A stretch of 64,000 nt of DNA, from the NCBI GenBank assembly GCA_004764695.1, contig SMSO01000034.1:3286001-3350000 (forward strand). Direction: 5' to 3'. Position numbers and translations under genes: made by a program. The notes under the pieces were generated by a model. That model did no database searches and was not told where the DNA came from. It was given only the letters and a program-made list of their open reading frames with translations. This DNA is from Schizochytrium sp. TIO01. Lineage: Eukaryota; Protista; Bigyra: Labyrinthulomycetes. Below are positions 52,634 to 62,683 of the stretch, one piece after another (position 1 is the stretch's first letter; each line of letters begins with the position of its first letter).

Positions 52634-53086
52634 AGACGCTGAGAGGACAACCAGATGGTGTGTACCATAAAGATTAAAGGGGGGAAGTAAGGGCTGAGGC
52701 ATTCTCATGTGAAGCGAGGGCAAGGAGATACTAGAAGTTGACTAAACATAATAGGACTTCATACGTGGTTTTGAGTGTGTACTTCACTGTGGGGGTGGGG
52801 GTCGCGTTCGACCCCTCTCCCCTCTCCTATTCGTTTGATCTAACATCTGAAACAGAACGAAGGCCAAACCTCAGCAGATCGTAGGGCAAGGCCTACTCTC
52901 ATACTTACAGTGCTCCGTCCAAGCTAAGTCGTCTACAAAGGATCTCTTGCTTGATTCGTTGAATTTGTGATGAGCATTTTTTAGACACCGATTAACCGAT
53001 TAAATTCAGTGATTTCTCTCATCATTGGCATCATCGTTTAGAGAATGAAACTTTACAATCTTAAGACCTGAAACATTTTAAAATAC

Positions 53087-54896
53087 TTATGATAATTTTG
53101 CGCATTTGGCTGTGAACTTCCCGTTGTTTCCTTTACATATCTCTTGGTATTCATTGCTGAAGGCTTTGCACTTTCCGTATCATCAAAGCCATCGTGAGGT
53201 AGCTCTGGAGTACGGAAGTACGATCGAAGGAGTGGTGATGCGCTCCAACCTAGGAAGGATGTTGCGCCTACCGGCCATTAGATCATCAATTTGCACGGCA
53301 CGAAGCTTGACTACTGAGCAGTATGCAAACTCGTCAACATTTTTTCATGCTATATTTGCAACATTGACCTTATTCCCGTTTGTAACGCGGAAGCCACAAA
53401 GCTGTTGATGTCTGTAAGTGATTTGGGAGAGCCTTTCGTGACTAGGCGAGTTAATCTTAATCTGGACTGCGACGCAGTAGCTATTTCTGTGGTAAGATTC
53501 TCTTTTTTTTTTAATCATTCTGCGCTTGGAAAAAGCCAAGAGGAGCAAAGAAATTCCCTGACTTTGACAGTAGTGCTGTTTTCGGTGTAGCCGTTTCGTT
53601 TTCTGGACTCCACATGGTCAAACGATTTCTCTCATAGATGCACTTTTATATAAATCAAGCTGACATGATGATAAACTTCTCCTTCCTTCTTGTGATGAAT
53701 TATATGAAGATACATTAGAACTTCAAGATCAGCCTGCATCTGGTGAACCTCTTGATGAGATACAAACCTAAGATTTTGAAGAACCCGTTCGATAAGATAT
53801 ATAGCGCTGCAATCAGCGAGGTCACTCTGCTCCCCAGGCCCTCCCACGAGTTGGGATCTGGGCACACGCTCAGGTGGTGATTTAGGAGTATCGTCAGTCG
53901 CAACATCTAGCTCAATACATAGTTTCTTCCATACCGCTTTTTGGGACTCAGAGAATTGGGAGAGATAACCGTCGCTCTATGCCTCAAGAAAACCATGTAG
54001 ATGTGTAGCACGGTCGCGGAGACATGTATGCATTTCCAAAAATCTGATGCCATCTTCCGAGTTTTATGTTTTCTGGCAGATGAGTCAGCTCAAGCCGTGT
54101 CTGAGGTTTGGCACCTCCATTCGCGTCTCCGAACCTATTTAGCGCCAAACGCACCAGGCAGCCTTAATTGAAATTCTGGGTTACACACGCAAATGTAGAA
54201 TGTGTCGTTGAGTAAACACGCGACAACTGCACAAAATATATGCCTCATTTGTTTCATCAGCTGTTCGAAGAGCGTCAAATATTTTAGCTCAGTCTTCATT
54301 ATCTTGAGTTTGACTACCTCCCACACCCTCGTAGTTCCCATGTAACTCAAGTCCATCATCATTGATTTCGAAGCTTTCTTGCTCAATCTCCGCGTGAGAA
54401 ATGGTAAGAACAGGGGGTATGAGGTTGCGGATCGGTAAGTGTTTCCAGCTTCACTGATTGTAGGTGGCGTTGACTTGCTAGTTTTCAAGAGGTCTCTAGG
54501 ATGAAACCATTCATCCGAGTTAGCTAGGGAATTTACAAGCCAGACGTGGCTTATCTGTACAACACGCTCGCGAGAATCTTCACTCTCATTCCAAAGTTCA
54601 CCATACTTAGTCATGAAGAAATTTGGCCTCCATTGCATAAATAAAAAGAAATCGAGGTTCAGGTGCCATGATTTGGGATCCCTTGCGTAGACATGCATAT
54701 ACTTTGCCATTGACTGCGCGAAGCTCTATAGAGCGGCAAGTCCCATGGCGAGTCCTACAACAAGCTGTCCACACCACCTGCATTCACGTGTGCTTCGATC
54801 GGTAACAAGTCTCACCAGGGGGAGTCGTGGCCTCCCACGATGGCGCTTCTGAGGCTGGCCGTTCGAAGAGGAACTTGAAGATGATGAAGAAGACAT
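53087..54896 (-). pseudogene. Decayed leftward gene of the TIR element; N-terminal AT-hook plus CxxC, candidate transposase/DNA-binding protein
   Basis: Starts MSSSSSSSSSSNGQPQKRHRGRPR (RGRP AT-hook core) ...RECRWCGQ. ORFs 54726..54977 and 54135..54710 are in the same frame, separated by one TAG. Further protein-like segments with stops and frameshifts run to about 53090. No DDE triad identified. The 3' end is approximate. Confidence 0.45.
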
Positions 54897-55104
54897 TGGC
54901 CTTAGCAGTAGCTGTGTACTCTTTCTTAGTTCTGAGTGCAAGTTGGTGTGCACTATGATAAGCCTTTTAACTGCCATCAGCCCGTGGAACCAAAGTCACG
55001 GTCGCGGTAGTTAAGTTATTATATACTACTAGTAGTAAAACCTAGTATCCTAGTGCGGTTCCGTCCCTTGCTTTAGGAACACAAGGTTGTAGTGTCGGCC
55101 CATC

Positions 55105-56606
55105 ATGGCTTCAACAATTTGAAATTCAAAACCAAAGTTGTACGGCACTCCGAAGCAAAACCATAACTCTGATTGGGCTTTCAATTCTTCAAGCACCACT
55201 GGTAAGGGGTTCGGGTACGGACGTGAGGCGCGAGGCGCGAGGCGCGAGGCGCGAGGCAGTAAGATAAAGCGCAGAAAGAATGAGTGTTTCGCTATAGATA
55301 CTGACACCACCGAAACGGCTGATTTTGCTGCGAAGTATGCTGTCTTGGCGAAAGGTGTAACAACTAACAACCCTGCTGCTCTTAACTTGAAGGTAATGTC
55401 TGACATGACTTCCTAATTCGTATTTGGTTTCCCTCGTTCGCTCCAAGCGGAGACAATCGTGCTCCGTGCGGGACTCCTTTTTCGAGTAAATACCGCAAAC
55501 AAGGCATTAATGAAACTGCGCTACTTCTTTATGAGATTGAGTACTACGCCTTGCAGACACTTGGGTACAAAGCTGGAGCTGCAACTAAAGAAATATGCAA
55601 GGAGCATAGAAGGCTATTTCGATCTAAGAAGGGGATAAGCTGCCGGACGAAAGAACCCCTGCTTTACAAGATATTCTGGGCGTATCTCATGAAAGCAAAA
55701 CTTTTTAACCCTGTGGTTGGAAAATTTATATTATCACAGCGCAAAGCCTTCAAACGCAGGCTTGAAACACAGTATAAACAGTTTGAATCCGCCATCCGTG
55801 AGCAATTTGTCGGAGCAAGGATACCCGCAATGGCAATTTTACTTGGTATTCCAGAAAGAATTTATCACGTCGAAGATGCTCTTGACGTTGGAAAGTCTAT
55901 GGATGGTGTTCTTGCAATTGAAAACTCCGAACGAAATTTATTGCAGGTGAAACATGGTAGGGAGGGGGGATATGTAGAAAATCGGTGTATATTTAATTTC
56001 AACATTGATAATTTGATGGATTTCCACGACCCAGGTAAGTTTAAAAAATCAATGCCTATTCTAAAAAACCAAGCTAACTAGACATATTGCTTACAGACGA
56101 AGTGGTATCAGACGAAGACAAGACCCTTGTCCGCAGAGAAGTGATAAGTAAAGTGATGTAATTTGTTCTTGGCCTTTATTTCAAACAAACTCCACCTAGC
56201 ATGACAGTAAGTCTTACAGTGGCGCTATTCTTTAAGTTCGTTACTCCATTTCAAGTCGTCTATGTGTGGTCTCTTCTCATCCGGCAATCTATTAAAAACA
56301 GATCTTCAGGTTGTCAAAACCACGCAGGTGAAATACAACTCATGGATAAGTGCAGTACTTATCTTACACATTGGTCTAATTGTGAAGGGTTCCAAAATTA
56401 CCCAGAAGAGTTTAAAATTGCTCAGCCACAGCCAAAAACCTCCCAAACAAATGGACGAAAGGTCATCTGTACAACAGACAACAATTGTAGCGTGTCGAAA
56501 CGGAGGAAGGCATAACATGAGGATGAGGAAGATGATTTTTCACCCTCTCAGACCTATGACCCAGAATTTTGAGGATTCAATATTAATTTTACGAAAGCAT
56601 TTATAG
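55105..56606 (+). pseudogene. Decayed rightward, intron-containing gene of the TIR element, unknown function
   Basis: ATG 55105 is in frame with ORF 55138..55416 across one TGA. ORF 55551..56081 follows. Predicted intron 56035-56096 has a GTAAGT donor, GCTAAC branch site and TTACAG acceptor; predicted intron 56207-56309 runs GTAAGT...TTCAG. Both splice in frame, leaving a premature TAA at 56159-56161. Confidence 0.5.
55225..55257 (+). repeat. (GAGGCGC)4.7 minisatellite inside the TIR element
   Basis: Read directly from the sequence. Confidence 0.9.
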
Positions 56607-56690
56607 CAAAAACATTTAAATAAAAATAATTTAAAAATAATTTTAATATTTCGATATCCGTTGAAAGGTGCTCTTTGACAGCAGATTTGC

Positions 56691-56980
56691 TGACTTTTGA
56701 CGCCAAATTCGGCGTCAAAAGTCACCGGCGTGCTGACATTTGACGCCAAATTTGGCGTCAATATCCACAGGCTTGCCGTCATTTGACGCAGACCATCAGT
56801 GTCCCTGCCCACCGAAATGGCTGGCTATTGACAGCCCACAGGCGGTACACACCAACACTTAGAAGTGGGTGTCCCCTGACTATTCTAGAGCAAATTCCGC
56901 CTCTACCCCCCTGCCCCTCGGCGCCGGACATTGACGGCAAAACTTCACAATTAATTGTCGCCGAGCGTTTGCCGTCAATG
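56691..56980. repeat. Right subterminal palindrome/hairpin array of the TIR element
   Basis: 14-bp stem TGACTTTTGACGCC / GGCGTCAAAAGTCA with a 6-nt loop (56691-56724). Perfect 22-bp palindrome TTGACGCCAAATTTGGCGTCAA (56740-56761). 13-bp inverted pair CATTGACGGCAAA (56929-56941) / TTTGCCGTCAATG (56968-56980). Confidence 0.9.
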
Positions 56981-57006
56981 CCCACCCAAAAGGAGTTCCC
57001 TGACGA

Positions 57007-57126
57007 TTCATTTTTATTCATTCATTATAAATTAATTCATTTTTAATCATTCATTCATTCATTTTCAATCAATCATTCATTCATTTTCAATCAATCAATC
57101 AATCATTCATTCATTCATTCATTCAT
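57007..57126 (+). repeat. (TTCA/TCAA)n compound microsatellite flanking the right end of the TIR element
   Basis: Read directly; continues the TTCA-rich tract at 52435-52474 on the other side of the element. Confidence 0.9.
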
Positions 57127-59156
57127 ATCAACGGGTTCACGTTTCATTGATACTATAATAGAAAGTAGTAGAAGTGAATCTGAGGACTCTGATCATGAAT
57201 TCACTGTGAAAAGGATTGCATTGCCGGCGTGCATCACATCGCAGTGGGCGGACAGGAGGCTCGAATTTAAGGTTGATTGGAGAGCAGGACTTGAGCCAGC
57301 TAGCTCAGGTGACGATTGCCCACATCTCCGCCAGTCTCTTGGTGCGAAAGCGAAGAAGCGAAGACTGAAAGGCCCGTTTGATCTCCTGCCAGCAAAATGA
57401 GAGCGGCAAAGGCCTGGCTGGCATGAGTAGTAGCGGGGAATGTAGCACAATGGACGATGAGCGATTTATAACTGCGGCGGCACAGCTTGCAGCGAAGATT
57501 CGCTCGCCGTCCACTTAAAAATCAGTGCATTGAGAGAGAGAGATCTGGTTGGCAGTTGTTGTTCGAAGAGGTTTTGTTCCTCTTACAAGTTGGTACGTAT
57601 GAAAACGATTATATTGTAAAACAACATCGGCTCGGAACTTGTAGCAAACGAGCGGCATCTAACCAAATTGCAAACGATGGTAGGAACCTATAGCGACTAT
57701 TTGGCGATTCAATAGCCCACTGGTATCAAAGTAAAATATTAGGTTGATGAGAAACCTGGATTGAACACATCGGGGATTTCGTCGCAATGAGTTCATTTGG
57801 TTATAAAGTCTTAGTTTGATGGTTGATTGGTCGATTGATTGATTGATTGGCTGAAGAGTTTGAAGGTTGATGATCTTTCATGGTGTGTTCGTCACCTACT
57901 GCGAATACCAAAGTCATGAACGTCAATTATGAAGCTAGGAAGAGACCAAAAAAAAGAGAAGAAAAACCACGCACGCACGCACGCACGCACGCGCATAGAG
58001 CGTTTGAAAATGTTTATGTTAGGGGCGACAACTAACAATGATATAAGTGTCTGAAAGCTTGGTCATGGAAGAACTGATTAGCGAAAATTGTTGCAGCTGA
58101 GGTTCCGAGACGGCTTTGTACATTTAATTATCATCGTATACAAAAACAAAAAAGTACTTAACTTTTTTTAGAATTAAAATATATAGTTAACACGCTATCC
58201 TATATCATTATAGTTTTTAGTTTGTAAAAAAGGGACAAAAAGAAAAATAGTTATATTCATTATGACTTATTTTATTTCTTTTAAATATTTTGGTCAACAT
58301 CATGTACTTTGATAGTTCCATGGCAAATGGGGCTATGATAGCCTTTGACAAAGCAAAACTGTCTCCAAAAAAAAGCTACTAAGTAGGTATCATGAGATAA
58401 AGCAAGTCAAAAATTAATAAATGTCATGGCAGGTAGTGCAATCAATAGGCCTGTACTTGAAGCCATGAAGACATGTATAATCATACCTAGTTTGGGTATA
58501 ATCTCGATGTTATTAAGGTTCTCAAACGCGTTGACCTCGCTGAATACATGCAAATGAGTTTGCATTACTTTGTGCAGCAGCGTGCCTCTAGACCCTATAG
58601 AAGAGGGACAAGTTCATCCAGGATACGGACTAATTATATTGTTAATGGATATACCTGGTATCTAGCTTCTTTTGAATATTCACTTGCTATAGCACGAACC
58701 AGCAAGCGATCAACTCTAAAGATCATGATCTTGGCACTGCCCCTAGCTAAGTTGGCAAAGGTTGATTTGAAGTTAACAGATGCATCTCTATTTCAGAAAA
58801 TGACTTTCAATTTCAAATACAGCCAAAATCCAATTGAGCTGTTTAGTTCATTTATGCATGAAATAAACACTAGGCCTATAGTTTTTAGTTTAGGTAGGAA
58901 GGCAATGACTGTAGTGTTTTCATGGAGCTTAGAAAGAATTATGAACAAAAGAACATAAAACAGGACAGCAAGAGTACCTAAGAGTGTGATTGTGCTTGAA
59001 GGGGTGTCGAATAGTAGGTTCGTATGAATTAATTAAAATATTTGATATGAGTCTTTGGTGAGTCAGTCGAACTAGTTCGTGATGATATATTCGAAACTCT
59101 TCGACCAAGCTTGACATGGTGCTCTCTACATTTGAATAAATAACATTCACCCGAGC

Positions 59157-60152
59157 TTATTTAGTAGAGTACAAACGTGTAGAAGCATCTGCTTCTTTAT
59201 CTCTGACAGGAGGATTCCAAGCCCTCCGTGTGATTATCATTGAAGAAAAGAGATTGATACACATGTCGAAAGGTGCGGCGAGATAATCAATCATGAATAG
59301 ATGATAATGTGCAGGCTGTCCATGATCCTCCCGTATAAGATTAGCGGCTTGCAATGATGAAGACAACACAATAAGAACAAAACTTGAAACTATTGCAAAG
59401 GTTCCCCAGCGGAAATTTTCTTTAGCCATCTTCACGAAATGGGCTTGTGATTTAGCGTTATTTTCCATGCTGCGCATGTTAGAAAGATGTTGCCACATTG
59501 GTAGCATGAAAAGGAGCAAGAATAGGACTCCAAGCCCAGAGTCCAGTACTGCAAGAGACATTGAAAACTTCCAGGGGAAAAATTGCACGCAGACATTGTT
59601 TGGGAGTAGTCTTCCTCTGATATATAAAATTGAAGGAGCGATAACACATGCTGCAGCAATTGTTCCAAACTTCGCTAGTACAAAAACTCGATAAAGCCTT
59701 TTTGTTTTTGTCAATTGAATAATCTTACTACGCTGAAGGAATAGCATGTAGTTGAATATATGAGAAATTAAATAAAAATACACTGGGCTTCCACCGAGAA
59801 CCGAACACCATATCCAGTTTTCTTTCTGAAACTCTATCTGCGAGAAAAAAAGTAGCAGACAATTTGAACAACTCATACTGACGATGTGGCCCATCAGCAG
59901 CTTTAATATATATGTTTGTGCGCGGGTATGTTTATATCGAAAGCTTAAAATGACCTTGGTGAGACATCCTAGCCCAAGAAGCAACGCTGCAGAAGACGCA
60001 ATAGTAACACACAACCTGAGTCTTTGGAAAGTGTTTGATGCAGTGAAATTTTCATCCACAATCACTGTAGTTGTTTCGTTCAAAGCTATATATGTTTCAA
60101 AAAAGGTCATGGCGACTAGTAACCCAAAAGCATGTGCAGCTATGACTGACAA
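59157..60152 (-). CDS. Seven-transmembrane GPCR-like membrane protein (paralog 1); start may be the ATG at 60113
   Basis: About 7 hydrophobic helices, a Cys at the start of TM3 (WIWCSVLG) and in ECL2 (LPNNVCV), FNYMLFLQR at the end of TM3 and APFDMCINL in TM7. Clear paralogy to 61685..62683. Confidence 0.8.
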   Translation of the reverse strand: MSVIAAHAFGLLVAMTFFETYIALNETTTVIVDENFTASNTFQRLRLCVTIASSAALLLGLGCLTKVILSFRYKHTRAQTYILKLLMGHIVSMSCSNCLLLFFSQIEFQKENWIWCSVLGGSPVYFYLISHIFNYMLFLQRSKIIQLTKTKRLYRVFVLAKFGTIAAACVIAPSILYIRGRLLPNNVCVQFFPWKFSMSLAVLDSGLGVLFLLLFMLPMWQHLSNMRSMENNAKSQAHFVKMAKENFRWGTFAIVSSFVLIVLSSSLQAANLIREDHGQPAHYHLFMIDYLAAPFDMCINLFSSMIITRRAWNPPVRDKEADASTRLYSTK

Positions 60153-60697
60153 CGCTCAACAAGTTTGCAAGATAATAGCGCACAACCTGCTTTCAATCTC
60201 CTGCAAAGCTTCACACTCGCGCAATACTAGTGCAGTCCAGCACAGCCGCCGCATTGATCAGATCAAAAGCACCAAGGGAAATCTTAGCTCAAATAAGGCA
60301 CTACACTCCGCTCATGACTTATCAAATGACGTATGAGGTCTCCCGAAAAAAAGATGTACTGGACTGGAATTTTTTTGTGCTCTTGTGAGTACTTTTCTCT
60401 TTAACATAGTGTACAAAGATTATACTGTAACTTAGAGAAAGAAGCAGATTACCCAGAGTCTGACCCGGGAGAATGATATCATTAGAAGTGAATGTACAGA
60501 CGCGCTACTCTTCAACTTTTTGCTTTTCTTTTTAACATAATGCATAATAATTATAGCAATATTATATCCGTTGAGATTAGTTTGCCGCCATATTCCAATA
60601 CAAAAATTTAAAAAGGTAGTAGAACAGAGAGAAGCGGGATCGAATGCGCTCGGCTCCAATGCGTGTGCGTTTTTTGCCCCCTCCCTCCCCCACCCCC

Positions 60698-60732
<35 letters not shown>

Positions 60733-60735
60733 TAA
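60698..60735 (+). repeat. (AAT)n trinucleotide microsatellite
   Basis: Read directly from the sequence. Confidence 0.9.
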
Positions 60736-60893
60736 ATTTCTGTGAAGCCGCGTTACAACAAACATGCACCTTGAAGAAAAAAGTAACAAGCAGCTGAGGA
60801 ATTTATCATCATATTCCCGTAGTAATTAGCAGAAAATGTGCGAGATCCAGAAAGTTCAAAAACTGGCACTAACTATAGTATATTTTGACTAGA

Positions 60894-61004
60894 CGAACCT
60901 GGAGACATAATCTGGAAACGAAACCCGGAGACATAGTATGGAAACGGAACCTGGAGACTCTGGAAAAGGAACCGGAGGTGGAACCCGGAGGCGGAACCCG
61001 GAGC
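60894..61004 (+). repeat. Degenerate GAACC(T/C)GGAG minisatellite between the 7TM paralogs
   Basis: About six (G/A)AACC(T/C)GGAG-like cores; the first units are about 26 bp (…GGAGACATA.T.TGGAAAC) and shorten downstream. Confidence 0.7.
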
Positions 61005-61684
61005 CAGGGAGAAACGCAAAAATAAATATCATGACCAGTCTAAGGAGTGAGTCATTCTAACAGAGACAAAGGAAAAGTAAGTTAAACCTCCATAACTTGG
61101 AAGGTTGCTCCAGCAATTTATGATTTGGAGCTATATAAATTTGCTTAATTTTCTGCTTTCTCTTCTTTAAACTACATTTTGAATTTGTACACTCATATCT
61201 AGTAGCGGTTATTTAGAAAGCTCTGATCAGCACTATAATATAATTACATGTATAATGTATGGTTACTTTTTGCTCTTAATACATCGAAATTCTTCATGGC
61301 CATTTTGTCCCCTTTCGTCCCTACATACACACATTAAAATGTGAAAATGAGTTAGCAAAGCGCAGGATATAACTCTCTATCTTCTAGTATTAGTTACATT
61401 GGTTGTTGATCGTACTTAAAGAACTTCGTTTTAGGGATTTAGAACGATATCATGCAGATAGAAAAGACGATTTTAGTCAAAGTAATCTCGTCCTGACATT
61501 CTTGTTGATTTTGCTTGACTTCTTAGCATTTTACTATGAGAAGCACTCATTCAAGACAGTAAATTGTATTTTGATTGTCTCTACATAAGAAATGATTAAT
61601 TTCATAAGAGGCTAGACTATTTCGAGCCATCTATCAACCATAGCCCGGGAGCACGCTTCTAAATTTTAGATTTGTAATTAAAAT

Positions 61685-62683
61685 TCATATAGTATCGCTT
61701 TCAACAGGAGCTGGGACTACGTTTGGGTGCTTCACATAAGGCAGCTGTATAATTGAAGGTGATGTAGACCCAGGGGGGCTCCAGGTCTGCTGCGTAATCT
61801 TCAAAGCCGCCAGGAGATTTATGCACATATCACAAGGTGCTACTATCGAATCTACTAGGTGAAAGCTATAGTTTGTTGAACCCCCACTATTTTCATGGGA
61901 GCCGTTTAAGGCTTGCAGTGTAGTTGCGAGGAACAATAAAAAAGAACTAGACAAAATTGAGATCCCACCCCATTTTAGATTAGTTCGGGCCATAGTTACA
62001 TATCGAGAAGCTGAATCGCTGCAGTCTTCCATTTCCCTCAAAGTGCGAAGATACTTCTGTAGAGAAAGCAAAAACAAAAGAAGATATACAGTGCCCAAAG
62101 CGCAGTCTAAGAGTGACAACACGAGGGCAACTTTCCACGGGTACGAATATACGCATACTCGATTAGGCAGTATCACACCTCGAACGAATGAAAGAGTTGA
62201 CATTGTAAATAATAGTGCAAGAAAACCACCAAACTTCGCTATGACAAAGAGTACACGAAATGCGTGTACTGAGCTTAAGCGAGCGAGCTTTGCACGCTGG
62301 ATTAAAATAAAATAGTTGAAACAGTGCGAAACAAAGTAGAGAAATATTGGCAAACTCCCAAAGATTGAACACTGTTGCCAATTTTCGTCTGCGAACCTTG
62401 CAATAGACAAAGCAAAAATCACAAGATTGGATCCGAGCATGCTAAGCATATGCCCTGCAAGAAGCTTAATAATATATTTCTGAACGGATGACCTTGTTTC
62501 TTTCACAGCCAAATAATTGAAACTAACTTCTGTAGCTGCAATGATGCCGAACAACACTGCGGCTCCTGATACAATCCTTCCAACATTCTGCATAGTTGTA
62601 AATGTATGAGAGTCACGAAAGTTATCATCTTGAATCACAGAATTTGCTTGTGTACGTATAACATACGTTTCTACAAAGCTCAT
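61685..62683 (-). CDS. Seven-transmembrane GPCR-like membrane protein (paralog 2), 332 aa
   Basis: Co-linear with paralog 1: MSFVETY~MTFFETY, QKYIIKLLAGH~QTYILKLLMGH, ENWQQCSIFG~ENWIWCSVLG, SHCFNY~SHIFNY, RGVILPNRVCV~RGRLLPNNVCV, APCDMCINL~APFDMCINL. Confidence 0.85.
   Translation of the reverse strand: MSFVETYVIRTQANSVIQDDNFRDSHTFTTMQNVGRIVSGAAVLFGIIAATEVSFNYLAVKETRSSVQKYIIKLLAGHMLSMLGSNLVIFALSIARFADENWQQCSIFGSLPIFLYFVSHCFNYFILIQRAKLARLSSVHAFRVLFVIAKFGGFLALLFTMSTLSFVRGVILPNRVCVYSYPWKVALVLSLLDCALGTVYLLLFLLSLQKYLRTLREMEDCSDSASRYVTMARTNLKWGGISILSSSFLLFLATTLQALNGSHENSGGSTNYSFHLVDSIVAPCDMCINLLAALKITQQTWSPPGSTSPSIIQLPYVKHPNVVPAPVESDTI

Larger units (their letters stand above)
52475..57006. mobile_element. 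4532-bp DNA transposon-like element with terminal inverted repeats; superfamily unassigned, coding content decayed
   Basis: Left end TCGTCAGGGAACTC (52475-52488) is the exact reverse complement of right end GAGTTCCCTGACGA (56993-57006). TTCATTTTTATTCA lies directly on both sides (52461-52474 and 57007-57020). Both ends have subterminal TGACG/CGTCA palindromic arrays, and the interior holds two divergent stop-riddled reading frames. Confidence 0.85.

Noticed and set aside
52800-52815. GTTCGA T-loop/B-box-like motif suggesting a tRNA
   Set aside because: No cloverleaf, D-arm or acceptor stem; only a simple hairpin.
56691-56980. Palindromic repeats as a CRISPR-like array
   Set aside because: Repeats are neither identical nor regularly spaced, there are no cas genes, and the context is eukaryotic; better explained as transposon subterminal sites.
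52479-57002. hAT assignment of the TIR element (CAGGG...CCCTG ends)
   Set aside because: The 8-bp flanks do not match (TTCATCGT vs ACGATTCA), and the inverted repeat extends 4-5 bp further out.
52475-57006. Fanzor/TnpB RNA-guided nuclease as cargo of the element
   Set aside because: No RuvC motifs or C-terminal CxxC...CxxC/DxNAA pattern in the frames I could read; the DPG at 56028-56036 spans a predicted splice donor.
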